Shown here: positions 23,740 to 37,950 of the stretch, in pieces
Numbering within the stretch: the stretch's first letter is position 1
How the letters are laid out: each line of letters starts with the position of its first letter
Origin: Hamiltosporidium tvaerminnensis FI-OER-3-3
Taxonomy: Eukaryota > Fungi > Microsporidia
Direction: 5' to 3'
Assembly: GCA_022605425.2 (NCBI GenBank)
Contig: CM061249.1
Coordinates: forward strand, 124,001-188,000
DNA length: 64,000 bases
Translations under genes and position numbers: made by a program
The notes under the pieces: generated by a model
Databases searched by the model: none
Told to the model about the DNA's origin: nothing
Seen by the model: the letters and a program-made list of their open reading frames with translations, nothing else

Positions 23740-26235
23740 GATTTGATACTTTTCGTGTCAGATACGCAACAGACACGTTTCCTTCACTATAAGCGTTTGT
23801 AGATATCAGCAATTGGCTCTTTAATTAGAAATTTGCTGGAATTGATCGTATCTGCAACTTTTACACCAAGATAATTACGAGCCTTCATAAAAATCTTTAC
23901 GATATTGTAAAATTCATATGTTTAGAATGAACGACATAAGCCGACTAGTATTGTTGTGGACTTACTTATCAGAATCCTGACGGTATACCAAATACTGGTT
24001 CTGATTACAGGCTAATAAAATGTATGCAAACATATACAAACTGACAAAAAAATGTGTTACACAAGTGGTACAGCTTGAGGTGTAAAGAAGAGGGTTACTT
24101 TCAGATAATCAGTTAGGAACATTGGGCGAAAGGAAAATCTTATTGATTGTTACCATTAATATAGAGTACGAAAACAATTTTAAGAAAATGTAAATTGATG
24201 CAAAAAAGCTTATGATCCAATAGATCATGCTTATTTGAGTCAATGAATCGAAAAACTTAATCTACCTGATTAGATCCTAAATTTATTTGGTAAATATATC
24301 AAAATAGAAAATTTATATACCAGTAGGGCCTGTAAAGATCATTAGCAAGAAGATGAATTTGCAAAGAGATCGTTTATCATCATTGTTGTTTATATTGTTT
24401 GGATTCATTCAGCCGAAAGCTTAAGAGAAATACATAAGGGAACCAAAAAAACAGATGCAGAATCCCACGCGACATATCATCTCTTGTTTATTGATGATCT
24501 TAATCTCCTTGTCGAAGATGAACAAACACTGGAAGAAATGACGAGGAGGTTAAGAAGTTTATGAATAATATAAGATTGGAAATAAACAAAGAGAAGTCAG
24601 CCAATAATGATCCATGTTGTGAAAATACTGCTACTCTTCTTGAAGAAATAGGGATTTATAAATACCTTGGAATAATATAAAATAGCAGAGGAATTCCAAC
24701 AAGTAAGTCGTTTGAGGAAGTACAGAGAAAACTGATAGCACGATTAGAAAGACTTTGATGCACGAGATTAAATGATAGAATTTTTTTCAAGCATTAATCA
24801 ACATGCGATTTATTTACTAAACCGTAATATAGGTGTATCCGACTAGAACCGGCTGACATATAAGTTAGATGATGCGGTGCGTGCAGTGTTAGTAAAGAAC
24901 AAAATACATCTACTCCCAGGATGTAAAGAACGTCTATAATTTCACCATAAAAACTTGGAAGAGGTTTACAGAGTGTCGAGTTCAAAAACGACCATATGTT
25001 TTTGCAACTCTTAAATTGTTTGGAAAAACATAAAGATACATCGACCAGAAGAGCAGCAATCCTAAGGGATGGGAATAATAATAAAACCCACCTTTCACTT
25101 ATTAAAAACTTTTAAAAAATAAAATACGGGTTGGAGGAGGAAGTCACAAAAAAGAAATTGGAAGAAGCTCAACATGCCAACCTATATAACGAAATCAAAA
25201 ACCGAAAACTACATTCAAAGTTATTTAGCGATATAAATAACGAGCTTGTAAGTGTTAGTGGCTCTTCAAGATGGCTAAAGAAAGGGAATATTAAGCCGCG
25301 TGATGAAGCAGTTTTCTGCTATATTTAGGATAGAAATGTATTCTGGGGTGCAGAAGGTATGTCTCAACACTGCAAACAGTCTAAGAAAACGGTAGAACAT
25401 TTAGCAACGAGATGTTAAAAAATGCTTGGTCATGACTATACTAGACGACATAATGAAGTGGTACGATGTATACATTTACTCTTGCTAAATAAATATAAGT
25501 CTAAGTCTTCGAAACGAATTAGAAGCCACTCAGTTCAAGAAATTCTTAATAAAAAATTTGCAGAGATAAGAGTGGACACCAGAATAAAAACCAATGTCAA
25601 GATTCGGTGTAACAGACAGAATATATTTATTTTAGACAAGATACAGAATAAGATAACCCTCATTGAAGTAGGAATCACATCCCAAGACTCTCTTCAAATA
25701 GTTGAAACAGAGAAGCTTAGGAAGTATGACCTATTAGCAAATGAGTTAGGTCTTATTTATAAATGCAGTGTAGAGATAATTCCTTATGTGATGACCTGGG
25801 ACGGTATTGTGACAAAATACCATAAGACGTATGTTAAGAGACTGCAAATACCCATGAATGTAGAGGCATATATACAATCTATAGTACTCAAGAAGACAGT
25901 CGAAACAATTTCTTTTGATCGACGAAGAGGACTTGAGTTTGGACCAAATGCCGAAGAGAGCAGATAGAGCATTATTAAGTGTTATTTTAGGAGCTGAGAT
26001 GCATAAACAACCAACACCCCTTTAAAGCAAGTAGACAACGAGGAAGATGATGTTAAAACTGAAAATAAAAAAAATATTTTACCCCCTATTTTGCATGGCA
26101 TAGCCACAGCAGAGGAATTGAAGAAAAATATTAACGAAGGCTTGGAGTTGGAGGAAGAAATATAAGTGGTTGAAATGGTGGGAAGAATTATTTAGAAAAG
26201 ATAAAAATTTGTTAACCCAGAATTTTATTAAATAA
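23740..26235 (+). mobile_element. Decayed R4/Dong-like non-LTR retrotransposon (RT + CCHC zinc knuckle + restriction-like endonuclease)
   Basis: Across stops and frameshifts: GSDYRLIKCM, LLSDNQLG, ID.KKAYD.IDH, HLLFIDDL, YKYLGI, GRGL, QHCKQSKKTVEHLATRC, RRHNEVV, IEVGIT and EKLRKYDLLANEL. The 3' UTR ending GAATTTTATTAAATAAA is shared with the copy at 51746. Confidence 0.9.
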
Positions 26236-28949
26236 ATTTCTTTATCGATTTTTAAAATTATAAAGATAAGATTTACAAATAAATGTATACTAAGTGAATG
26301 TTTTAAGTTAATTAACTCAAATAGATTATAAATATTTTGTGCAATAACTTTTTTTACAATTTTTAAGTGGAAAATCTTCCTTTTGATATTAAAATATCAG
26401 AATAAAACTTTATTTTATAGTTTATAATATAATTATATAGGCTGTATTCTATATTAATGTTTTTTTTGAAAAAATAAAAAGTGTTTAAGAATAAATTCTT
26501 CAGTTTTTAATTGAGCTAGATCCTTCAAAGTATTCATATATATTAATGTTTTTAATGTTAAGAGTTTTCTTTACATAGGATAATATTTTAGTTAAATAAT
26601 ATTCTTATAGCTGTTAAGCAAGTAGAAACGTACTAAATTTTACATTCAAAAAAAATAGAAATACAGTAGATTATCTTCTTAAAGTTCATTGGCACATCTT
26701 TTTTTCTGATATTTTCATTTAAGCGTTTTTTATTACATTCTGTGCATTGTAGTCTTTGTTTTTTTTAGTCTTTCATATATGTTTTTTTAAGCTTTAGTTG
26801 TGATTTCGCATATAATTTCAAAATGTTTTTTAATTGACATATTTTTTCTCTTATGTTTTGGTATCTTTAACTCATTGTTTCTTTTTTGTTCATATAAGTC
26901 TGGTATCTGTTTAGATCGTATTCTGTTTTGATTTTAGCTGATATTAAATATTCGTATCAAGTGGATTCGGTATAAGAAAAACCGATTTTTCGGTGCATCA
27001 TGATTAATTGATTAATTTAACAGTTATATAACTTCTAAATTATAAGCATATAATTCTTTAAATTTAACCTTGTTTAAAATTACAGGTGACCATTTAAATT
27101 AATTGTTTATGTAATAATCATTCAGAACATATATAAATTTCACCATGAAACGACAAAAAACATTATTTTTATAATACAGTTGTTTATGAATTAGGAAAAA
27201 CTCTCATAAAAAAATCAATTAAATTGATTATAATCAATTTTTTTAAATAAAAAAACCAACTTTAGGAAAAGTAAAAAAATTTATGTCTTAGTGCTATTCA
27301 TAGGATTTACTGCAATCTAGAAAAGTTTTTTTAACAATAGTTACTGCTTCAAAGTTTTCTAAATAAATTGAATTTTGGGATGTGTTTCATGTTCACATCT
27401 GCACACTATTTTTATTTTTCTAAGATTTAAGAACAAATCGTAAGCTTTATATTTTTATATGGAATATTCTTATTAATTCTTCTATTTTTTTCAAGTAACT
27501 CAATATTTCGAGTTGAGCTGTCGTCACCTTATGAGAATTATTCGATTATTAAATAGATGATGTAATTTTTAACCTAGAAGAAAAATATATTCATAAATTT
27601 TACGATTTTTTAATAAAAAAACTTTCAATTAATTAAATATTTTAATATATCAAAACAATAATCCAAAAAAAGAAGTCAAACCACAATTTGTTGAATTTTC
27701 CTATAACTATGAATATAACAATGCTTGTTTCACTAACTTAACCCGATTAAGTGCAATGAAAATTAATTTCTTTGTACCTTCTCGGGTTTTTTTATACTAT
27801 ACATTATGGTTTGAATATTCGGATTTGAAGAAAAAAAATATAATGAAGTTCTTTAAAGAGTAAAAAAAAAATTGTTTGAATATTTTTAAACTATTTTGAT
27901 TTCGAATATATGATTTGACACTTTAGAGTTTCGTTTATCCTATTATTCATTCTTATAGCTGTTTTTATATTTAGATAATAACTTGTATTTATGAAACCGA
28001 AAATTCTTCGGAGTCATATCTTGTTCCAAAAAATTGGGACAATATTGGGATTTGAGTTAGAAATAAAATTTTTCTCAAGTCTAAGTCCGTATGCAAATGA
28101 TGAAGAAATGTTACTATATTTTCAAATTTTAAGGAAATATTCTTATGTTTCTCTCACCACAAATTGGTTTTTTAAATGCATTCTAAAGTCATTTTCGGTT
28201 AAAGAATGATTCGAGTATTGTTTTCGTTAAAAGATTTAGAACTATTTTATTCAAACAGTCTTTTCAAGTTTTATTTGATTGTTCACAATATATTTTGCTT
28301 ATAAAACGCAACATATCATGTATGAAATTTATTCGATAAAATCTATGTGAATTTTGACATGTCTTTTGCAACTTGTGTTTTTAAAGTGTTTCTATTCACA
28401 CAACTTAAAAGAAACTAAAAAATGTTTTTCTATGTTTTTTTACATTATCGCATTTAATTGTTACCTAAAAATATATTTACACTGTATTATAAGATTATAC
28501 GCTTATTATAAGTCTCGGCTGCTTATTCTTTATCATCGTTTCCTATAATTTAGTCTATAATTGCTTTCAAAATTAATCCCAAAGGCTAAATAATATATTT
28601 ATATGAAAATAGAATTTATATGATTACACCTGCTTTACAACGAGACAAAATATAATCTAGACAACCAAAGCAAAACATTCAAAAAAAACTTTTTAATAAT
28701 CATTCATAAACATTATAATTTTAATATTTTATCTTGGTTTTTTAATGCATATAATATATATATATATAAAAGAAATTACCGATTGATACAAAAATATAGT
28801 CGACCGTTGAATTTTTACTTCGAAAGAAACAAAATTGGAATTTAAAAAACCTCTAATTTGTGTTTTTGAACGCATAATTTTTTGTATTAAATGGCTTGAC
28901 AAAAATATAAATAAATTTTATAGTAGATACTAGTTGTCAGGCTCGTAAC

Positions 28950-30180
28950 AACGAACTTGTTTTTACATCAACAAAGATCTGAAATATAAATGTAGATTTG
29001 TCTTCATAATCTGGAAGTCGAGCTATAGTTTCCTAATATTTTTATTCTGGCTGTTATTAACTCACCTAGTCTGTTTACTGGTATATTTTTTGGTTGTTTA
29101 TAACTGGATAATTAATTGGTCTTGATTAACCCCAGAATATAAAAATCTAGGATATTTTTTAAACAATTTGTTATATTCTCTGTTCTGGTTGCTTTGTCAC
29201 CTTCATGAGATTTAGTTCATTATTTCTTGTTTTTCTGATTAAGTTCTCCTTATATTTATATCGCATTCCGTTTTCGTCTTTTAAAAAAGATTTTTCTATG
29301 TGTCATGTTGTATTGGATAATTAATTTGTTGTATAACTTCCGAATTATATTCATACAAATATTTTGATTCAACCCAGTATAGACTTCGGACAGACTGAAT
29401 TTAAGCAATGATTTTTTTATTTAATCATACGAATAGAAATAATTTGCTTAGAAAAAGGCAGTAAAGATCAATTCTGCTACAATTATTTATGTATTAATAA
29501 TAGAAAAAGGCATTGGAAGAAACTAGAAACAGTTGTCTAAAAAGAACCGTTTTATTAGAACTAAGATTATCTTAAAGAAAAGTAAAAAATTTTTATCAAT
29601 TAATGTTATTTTTATTATGTACGGGAATTTAGAGATGTTTTTAAGAATAGTTACTGCGATTAATTTTTCGAACCAATTTAATATTAGGAGGTGTATGTCT
29701 TATACATCTGCACATCATTATTGGTTGTTTAAGATTTATGAAGGAATCAAAAGAGCCATATTCGTAATTAGAACAAAATGTTTTTTTCTTGCCTTTTCCA
29801 AGCCCATTTATTTAAATATTTTAAGATAAACATCGCCATTACATTGCGCGACTGTATATAATATGGTTTTTCTGCATTTTACATAAATACTTAGGAGGTA
29901 TTTTAGCTTTTCGATATATTGTATTTCGTATCTTATTTTTTGTCCTAATCTTTTGTCTCCCACCTTTATATTTAGATTAGAAATGTTTAGATGATCTAGA
30001 TCTTTTTTTTGTAGGTATGTTCCTACCATATTTTTTTTATAGTGAGATATGGTTTTTTCGTATAAATTTTGTAGTTTAGTCTGTTAATATCAATTTTCAT
30101 TGTCATTTAATTTGAAACGGTTTTTTCTTTCTTTGATCAAAAATAGTTTTCTTGATATTTTCAGGCCCTTTGATAAAAAA
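28950..30180 (-). mobile_element. Strongly eroded RTE-like LINE debris (RT and C-terminal pieces)
   Basis: Minus-strand fragments resemble KGDK...N, KKYT.NRLGE (also on the plus strand near 16010-16050), TKLQNLYEK, IW*EHTY and KRLGQKIRYE. Short motifs only. Confidence 0.4.
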
Positions 30181-31894
30181 GACTGAAATTCTGATTTTAT
30201 TTTAAGTTTACAATTTAATTTTTTATGGAAAAAAGCATCTCATATCCTCGTAATAAATTATTTAACTAATCTATAAAATATCTAATCATTTCCTCGGAGG
30301 CTATATTTTTCGGATGCGTTTTAGTAAAGTAAAATGAAATAAAATCATTTAAGAATAAATAAACCGAATTGTGATTATTTTTAATATACCTTTAAAAAAA
30401 CATATGTGTCATAATTAGAATATTGACTTATTTTTTTATTATCAATTCAATCTTATTTATATATATCAAGTTCTAAAATTAATCAAACCGTGAGCCTTTT
30501 TATCGACTCATAAAATCTAGAAGGCTTCTTTTACGAAAAACGAGTAAATATCGAATTATCTATAATGATGATCATGTATTTACGCTATAAATTTTACCAT
30601 TTAGCCTTGGAGTCTTTCCGAAATTATAATTAAACTAAAACGAAACATATTTCATTTCTATATTGTTAAAACCAGTCTTTAATGCGCAAAAAAAACTTCT
30701 CGTATAAATTTATATTTTTTTATAAGTTATTTTAAAAATCTTCAAACGATCAACCTATCTACCAAAATTCCATAATAATGAATCTAATGCTTCGTTTGTT
30801 TCTTCTTTGTAATCATGTGGATCTTCTATTATTCATATAAAATATTTTTAATGTATATGAATTTGTTTTTTATTTATGAGAATATAAAGTTGAAATTTTT
30901 TTATTTGATCTCAAGATTTCCAGGAGATGTAAAAGAAAACATTGTCAATGGAGTTCAAAAACGTCTCTTCTATATTGCATTCGTATTTAGGTAATCTTAG
31001 TATGCTTTTGGAATTTTAAATTTATCTATTTACCTATAAAATATTTTGACATAGACTAAAAATTCAAATGACTTTCAATATAAAATAATGTCGAAATAAC
31101 AAAAAAAATAGAAACAGAATTATACAAGTCAGGCTATTAAAATTCAAAAAAAAATACTTATAGTTATAAAGAATAAAAATTGTATTAGAAAGTTTATTTG
31201 GAAATTTAAATGATTTTTTACTACCAGAAAGACTGTTCCAGTGGTAATATACAATTCTAAAATATATTTCTTTCCATTAAAAATAAATAAGGAGCGAATT
31301 TTATATATTTCTATTCTGTTTTACAGATAATTGAATTTTGTTCTAAATAAATAAAGATCCTTTCCTCGTTAGAATTTATACGAGCTTCTGATAATTACAT
31401 CTAAAATAGAAATATATCTAAGTGGTATCAGTTTATCGATATTTTTTTTCCCCTTTTTTATGATATAACTTTACGCAATAAATAAATAAAATACAAATTC
31501 ATGTTTTGTTTTTAACTTTATATACATAATTACCTCATTTTAAACGAATTACAAAAAACTTTTTTAAAGAACTTTTCAAATATAGGTTCTCGAATTTCAA
31601 AGACTGAATCAAAACTTGCATAGTTGGAAATAAATTTTGTTTTCCAGAATTGGGCAGAAATGAAAATGTAAACATCGAAGTACATGTTTATAAAAAATAT
31701 AGAATCCTTTTTTATTGCTAATCCCGTTATGTAAATCGAATATTTTTTTGAAATTATTTTCTACTGCTATCTATCTAAAATTTTCAAATAATTTTGATTA
31801 CTAATCAAAAAAAATATTTCTATCTTAGGAAATACTTTTAATCAAAAATTCTTAGCTTAAAAAAACTATTTAACCGAAAAAACCCATTTCCCTT

Positions 31895-33784
31895 ATGAAT
31901 CTTGAATGGAAGAATGTAGATATAGAATTAGTAAATAAAAATAAAAATAGACGTGAAAAGTATGTTCGTTTAATAACCAACGCGAATGGTATTGTAAAAG
32001 CTGGTTCACTTTGTGCAATCATGGGACCGAGTGGAAGTGGTAAAACGACATTAATCAAAGGATTGGTAGGAAGAATACCATCTGGTGCGAAAACAAAAGG
32101 TGATATACTAGTTAATGGTAAGGCAAGAGACTACGAAAATTGGTGTAAGAATATTGGGTATGTAGATCAAGACGATTGCATTTATGAGAAATTAACTGTT
32201 TTAGAGACCGTAACATATGCAGCAAGATTTAGACTAAAAGAGCAAAATATCAACATATTGAAAAAAGTCGAAGATCTTTTAGATGAATTAGATATTCTAG
32301 ATATTTCTGGTTCAAGAATGGATAGTATTTCCGGTGGTGAGAGAAAACGTGTTATGATAGCGATTGAACTTATTACAGAACCAAATATTTTGTTTATGGA
32401 TGAACCAACAAGTGGATTAGATTCTTCAACGGCATTCAATTTTGTCAAACTGATGCAAACATTATCGATAACACACAAGATGACGGTAATTTTTACTATT
32501 CACCAGCCATCTGTAGAAACATTTTCTATATTCGATCAGCTAATTTTGCTTTCCGATTCTCATACAGTATTTTCGGGTCAAGCAGAAAATGCGGAAGAAT
32601 ATTTTGAATCTTATGGACTTAAAAAACGCGAATTATCAACATTTCCTGATTTTCTTGCAGAGGTGCTAAAAGTCAAGCACAAATATCGGGAATTGCCTGA
32701 ACATCAAGCCATATTAACCAAAATGATAAATGATGTGGAAATAAAGTATCACGTACCTGAAAACATGGCTATTTCTGATCAAAATGAAATAGCAATGAGT
32801 TATATTCCAAACAAGAGGCATATAATGATTCTTCTAAATCGAAAATATAAAACCAATTTTTCAATTTCGAAAGTTTTATTTTCGCTTGTAATAATTGGTC
32901 TTTCTTTTTACAGTTTCATTCTAACTGCCTTTGGCCTTCTCGAGAAGGAAAATTCGCCTAAAATCATAACTACATATTTTATTATTAATCAGGCTGTTCA
33001 CGATGAAACATTTTTTAAATTTGCAAATTTTGTACAAATATATGGGGATAAAGTTTCTGCTGTATTGAAACCAAGCATATTTATGCAGTTCTTAGGTATA
33101 CTTTTTGCTTACTCGATGATCGCTTCGACTGGTGTTTTTTCCTTTGAATATAAAATGGTAAAGAGAGAACTTGGTGTTGCGACATATTCTATCGGTTCAT
33201 ATTATTTTGCAACATTTTTATTCGAAATATTTTTTTATCTGCCATTCTTTATTCTGATCAATATTATTTCAGCGATTTTACAAGGAAGTTTAATACCTTG
33301 GGAATTTTATTTGTTTGTTATTTTTGGTTTGTTGGCTTTTATTCCAGTAATTTTATTTTTCGGATCTTTAACGAAAAGAACAAAAACGATTTATGTGATT
33401 GTAAGTTTTTTAGCATTAACTTGGGCAGTTCCACCTGTTTTTTACGTCAGATCCCGCCGTTTTTTTACAGACCAAAATTGCTATCCTAACATATTTTTTA
33501 TGTTAATTGGTTCAATTTTTCCACCGCTGCATTTTAAAGCTCTTTGTGTTGCATTGTCATACAAATTTTCAAGCCAAAGTTCAGATATTTTGAAAGAAAA
33601 CGATAGCATAAGATCAACATGTGATCAACTTTCAGCCAATTTATATTCTTATTTGTATAACTCGATGGCTATTTGGCAAATATTACTTCTTTTTGTTATT
33701 ACAACAGTTTTCTATGTCGTTTTTGCATTAGTTGCTTTGACGCTGCGATTAAAGCCTGAACAAAGATTCAAGTTATCTAAATAG
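31895..33784 (+). CDS. ABCG (White-type) half transporter with canonical nucleotide-binding domain
   Basis: NBD-TMD order. Walker A GPSGSGKTT, Q-loop YVDQD, signature ISGGERKR, Walker B/D-loop LFMDEPTSGLD and H-loop TIHQP. Upstream context CCCTTATG. Confidence 0.95.
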   Translation: MNLEWKNVDIELVNKNKNRREKYVRLITNANGIVKAGSLCAIMGPSGSGKTTLIKGLVGRIPSGAKTKGDILVNGKARDYENWCKNIGYVDQDDCIYEKLTVLETVTYAARFRLKEQNINILKKVEDLLDELDILDISGSRMDSISGGERKRVMIAIELITEPNILFMDEPTSGLDSSTAFNFVKLMQTLSITHKMTVIFTIHQPSVETFSIFDQLILLSDSHTVFSGQAENAEEYFESYGLKKRELSTFPDFLAEVLKVKHKYRELPEHQAILTKMINDVEIKYHVPENMAISDQNEIAMSYIPNKRHIMILLNRKYKTNFSISKVLFSLVIIGLSFYSFILTAFGLLEKENSPKIITTYFIINQAVHDETFFKFANFVQIYGDKVSAVLKPSIFMQFLGILFAYSMIASTGVFSFEYKMVKRELGVATYSIGSYYFATFLFEIFFYLPFFILINIISAILQGSLIPWEFYLFVIFGLLAFIPVILFFGSLTKRTKTIYVIVSFLALTWAVPPVFYVRSRRFFTDQNCYPNIFFMLIGSIFPPLHFKALCVALSYKFSSQSSDILKENDSIRSTCDQLSANLYSYLYNSMAIWQILLLFVITTVFYVVFALVALTLRLKPEQRFKLSK

Positions 33785-34224
33785 AGTAGAATGGTTGCTT
33801 GGAATTTAAATAAAAAGTTTAAAGTTTTTACAGATTTTTTAGCTTATAAAATATAGAAATTTTTATCTCCAATACGGATTTTAATTTGTTTTCCATTATT
33901 TTTTGAATATTTATTTTCCATGAAAAATCTAGAGACATAAAAAGTTCTTTAGCAACTAAAATTCTCAACATTTTATATATTTTTTTTACTTTTACCTAAC
34001 AATTATTTTGGATTGGGCTTCTATGATTTTTTATCGTAACATTATGGTTAAAATTATAGAATTTCAATATTTAAAATATTCTTTTATATTTCCGGCAAAA
34101 TACCAAAAATTGCCTTCTAATTTTTTTTTTATTTTCTGTTAATGATATGAATCATTGGATACGTCAACTAAATATATAAAATTAAAATGATGTAAAAAAT
34201 TATATAAAGACTCGTAATATATTA

Positions 34225-34977
34225 TTTTTAAAGAGAAATAAAGACTTTATTTAAAAGTATCACATCTTTTTAAAATAGTGGCAAGTGTTATATTTGTTTT
34301 TATGACATTAACGCAGTTCTAGGTTTAACATAAATGACTGCTACCCCAACACTCCATCGGTAACCCCTGCGATACCTACGTCTCAAAGCCTTTCATCTAC
34401 CAGGTGTGTAGAACCTAATAAATAGGCGAGGCAGTTGCCCGGAGTTCGTTAATGTCCGTTGCATGGTGTGTGATCGAAGGCCGAAGCCCCCCCCTGAGCT
34501 CCCCCAAGACTATGCAGCATTCCCACTTACTCTAAACTTTCTGAACCCAATAAACTTCTAGCTAAGATATATTTCAGAGATTTACATGGGGTCCACTTAG
34601 ACAGGGCAATGTCATACCAACAGGTATAACCTGCTACTTAGTGTTCCTTGTCTTTTTAAGGGGATTATTTTACATATCACATAGGTGCTATGTATTCTAA
34701 CCTGAGTGAACAAGGGTAGGTTTCCATGCTTTTACATGGCAATTACCTACATGTTCAGCTGCGGTCTGCAATCTGGTTACATAAAAAACTACAAATAAAT
34801 TTGTAGAAAAAGTTTCTCCATTTCTTAGACCTCTCCTCTTCATAACAACTCCCATGGAACAACCGAAGATGTAGTGTGGTTGTATTCCCACCAAAAATCC
34901 AAACAATGATCTTCACACCAGTTTCACACACTCATTGCCAAGCAGAAAGTTTTTTATGTGGTTATCCTCCCTCCACA
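34225..34977 (-). repeat. Dispersed ~750-bp repeat family, copy 4 (most GC-rich, probably closest to consensus)
   Basis: Begins TGTGGAGG on the minus strand, with AATAAA near the 3' end. Colinear with the other copies. No frame stays open throughout. Confidence 0.85.
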
Positions 34978-35999
34978 GTATTATTTTTAAAGAATCATTA
35001 AATATAGTTAAATTTTCTTTTGTAGGAATACAAATTTATTCTACAACAAGATAAAAGTAATTTAAAATTATATAAGTGATAATATCCACTACAAGCTTCA
35101 GATCATTTGATCTTGAAATATATAGGTAAGTGACTCTATGGTAATATTTCATTAGATTACTTTACTCCAGATAAAATTTTTCTGAAGAAAACTTTATGGC
35201 AAATTTAAACCGAAAGTAGAAAAAGCAGATTATTTTTGCATAATCTAGTACAATGCAATGCAATAAAGATAGTAATTGTGAGATAAAACATTCGAAAAAA
35301 TAATCATTGTTTTTTTAAACTAAATGTATAGATGATACCGGATTCATACATTAAAGGGAAAAAATATCGAGCTTTAAATTTAATCATCTTTGATTTAGTG
35401 CTCAAGTTTTTAGTTCTCTTGCTCTAGCCTAATATTATTTTATACAAAATATATTTTTATGCTTAATAACATCTAGTTTGTTATATAATAAATCGAAAAT
35501 ATTTCGTGTCTCTCCATTTCGGATAAAAAAATATCAAAAGATTAAAATATTCGAATTTATTTATCCAATTAGGTTCCTTTTCTTAAGAATGAAGCAACCT
35601 TTCACAAAGTATCTAGATCTGTATAATTCAATTGGTTGCCGAAACCTTAAATTGAATTAAAGAAAAGAGGTAAAAACGAACTAATTAGTAGTAATAAATC
35701 TTATGGAATTGTTGGGTTACGCGTGCCATATTTAGATTGATTGGGCATAGAATTCCTTAACAATGTTTCATTTAAACATAAAGCAATCTTGTCTTATCTC
35801 TGAGCAAAAATCAACTATAACCAAATTACGTAAATAAAACTGTATTAATGCAAAGTATATATATTTAAATCATTAAAATCTCTATTTCCGCCTTAATTAT
35901 TAAATTTTAACATATATAATTAATGGTTGCTATAAAGGGATTTTTTTTAAATTTTTTTATCAGCAAAACTCGATGTTGAACTGAGAATGACAAAATAAT

Positions 36000-37950
36000 A
36001 TGAAAAAAGCAATAAATTTACAATAACTCTGAAATTTCCCAGATCAGCCTTAATTTTTGCGCTTTTAGACTTAATTTATATACTTTGCTTATAGAAATAT
36101 TCGCTTTGTATCATCACTGCATTGATTAATCTTGATTCAGAGTTGTTTTTCATATAAAAGTCTTTATTCATCAAAAAGTATATAATTAAATTTCCTTGGT
36201 TCCTCGCTTACAGTTTTCAAAAAACTTATGTAGGTTTTCAAAATAACGAGCTTATTCTTCAAGGCTTGCAGACAACAAAAATTTGTGCTAAAAAGAACTT
36301 ATATTTAGAAAAATCTCGTTAAGTACACAATAATTGCCGGAATGCTGTTATGTTAGTTCTTTCGTATGAAGAAGAAATTATAAGAGCATCGGGTACTGCC
36401 AATAGCAATAAAAATTCAAAAAGATGGTAAACACTCATAAGAAATTCTAAGGAATACATTCGTTCTAGATACTTAAATTTATTGTAGACGCAAAAATTGT
36501 TCTTTTTCAGATAATCCGGAAAATATTTAGACGAAGCAAAATGTATTTCCTATTTAAAACATCAATAAGAATATTCTCGCAATACGTTCGAAAATTTAAT
36601 GCAATATGACATATATTAGAGAAGTTACAGAAAAAATATAATGTAAAAAAGTCGTTTTGAACCTAGACGTTGCTTCTGCTGCTCTGCTTTGAAAAAAGAT
36701 CTTTGCAAACTGCTTTTATAAAAGGCTATTAATAGGTAGGTATCATCATGATCAGGCTCTCCATATGATCAATATATTGTGATGATTAAAAGAATGCCGA
36801 TTCATGCATAAATATTTAGAATAAAACATCGCAGATCACTTACAGATGTTAAAGATTCTTCATTCTAATTTTTAGTAAGAACCTAAGAAATATTGATATA
36901 CCGAAGCTTTCTTATAGAAAAAGATCGTGGAATCTTAAAAGCAAGAAAAGCAAACAGCTAGGTGCATTTTTCTGCAATTAAAAAAGGTTTATCACGAAGC
37001 CTTATCTTCGTAATAAAAGAAAATCTTCATCCTACAAGAAAATGTAGATATCCTCAAAAAAAAGATTGATTATATGATATCTCTCTAGTTTTGACGAGGG
37101 ATCACACAATGCGTGAGTCCCAATAATATGTTAGAATAATCGACCTTTATTCGAATATCATTTCTCTGATTAAAGGGTGAAGAAAAACATTAAAAACGCT
37201 ATTAAACAGTCTGCCTGCAAAACACTTCAAATCCTTTTTCAAAGTAAATATCCTAGAAAACTCTTCCTTTATAGAAGTATCCCCTGATAGGTTCCATTGA
37301 TGTCTAGCCAAAACATATGAGTCGCTTTTTATGATATTAAGGCAGAGATGCTAAAGTCTTGTTAAGGATGAAGTATTATGTATTGTTTCGCAATTCAAAG
37401 AATTTATTCTAGACAACGTAAAAAATTTTGAAAGCAACATATTGATACGGAACCAGATTCAATTTGAGAAAAAAAGCTACCTCTGGATTCTAGATAACTT
37501 ACTTGAGGCACTAATCAACTCGGATTTTTTGAATGATAAAATCGAACAAACCATCTAAGTTTGAAAGTCCATGTTGTACAAAAGAAAGGAAAGGGGGCCG
37601 TTTGTTGAGATCAGGTTGTTTTTAAACAAATGAACGTCGCTCTTGTAACTATAGAAAATTTAAACAAATTCAAGATTAGATTATTGAATAAAATCTGAAA
37701 TAAAGTATAGCACAGTTGTGAAATTCTCTCGATAAACCATTAGAGCTCTAAAAAATATTGCTAAATAATATAGAGATAGCACTATCCATATGAAATTACA
37801 AACCCCTCTCGAAATTTCGCAGTAAATTTTCTGTCTAAAATCGCAGATCAAAGAAAAATACGGCGAATCACTTCGAAGTATATTTCTTAAGTTTTTAATG
37901 GTGGATTGGTTCTTGCATTTAATTTGGGTTTGTAGTGATCTCATTTGATT
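36000..37950 (+). pseudogene. Probable decayed gene of unknown family
   Basis: One frame from 36962 to 37558 reads ~200 codons with only ~6 stops, few for this AT content. A hydrophobic stretch RSALIFALLDLIYILC follows a CCC near 36040. No recognisable motif. Confidence 0.4.

Noticed and set aside
34370-34580. Group I intron, hammerhead or HDV ribozyme motifs in the repeat (AGACTA...AAGATATA; GATGA...GAGACGTA; GGGCAAC)
   Set aside because: P7 pairing (GACUA/UAGUC), the CUGANGA/GAAA core and the HDV pseudoknot cannot be built consistently across copies.
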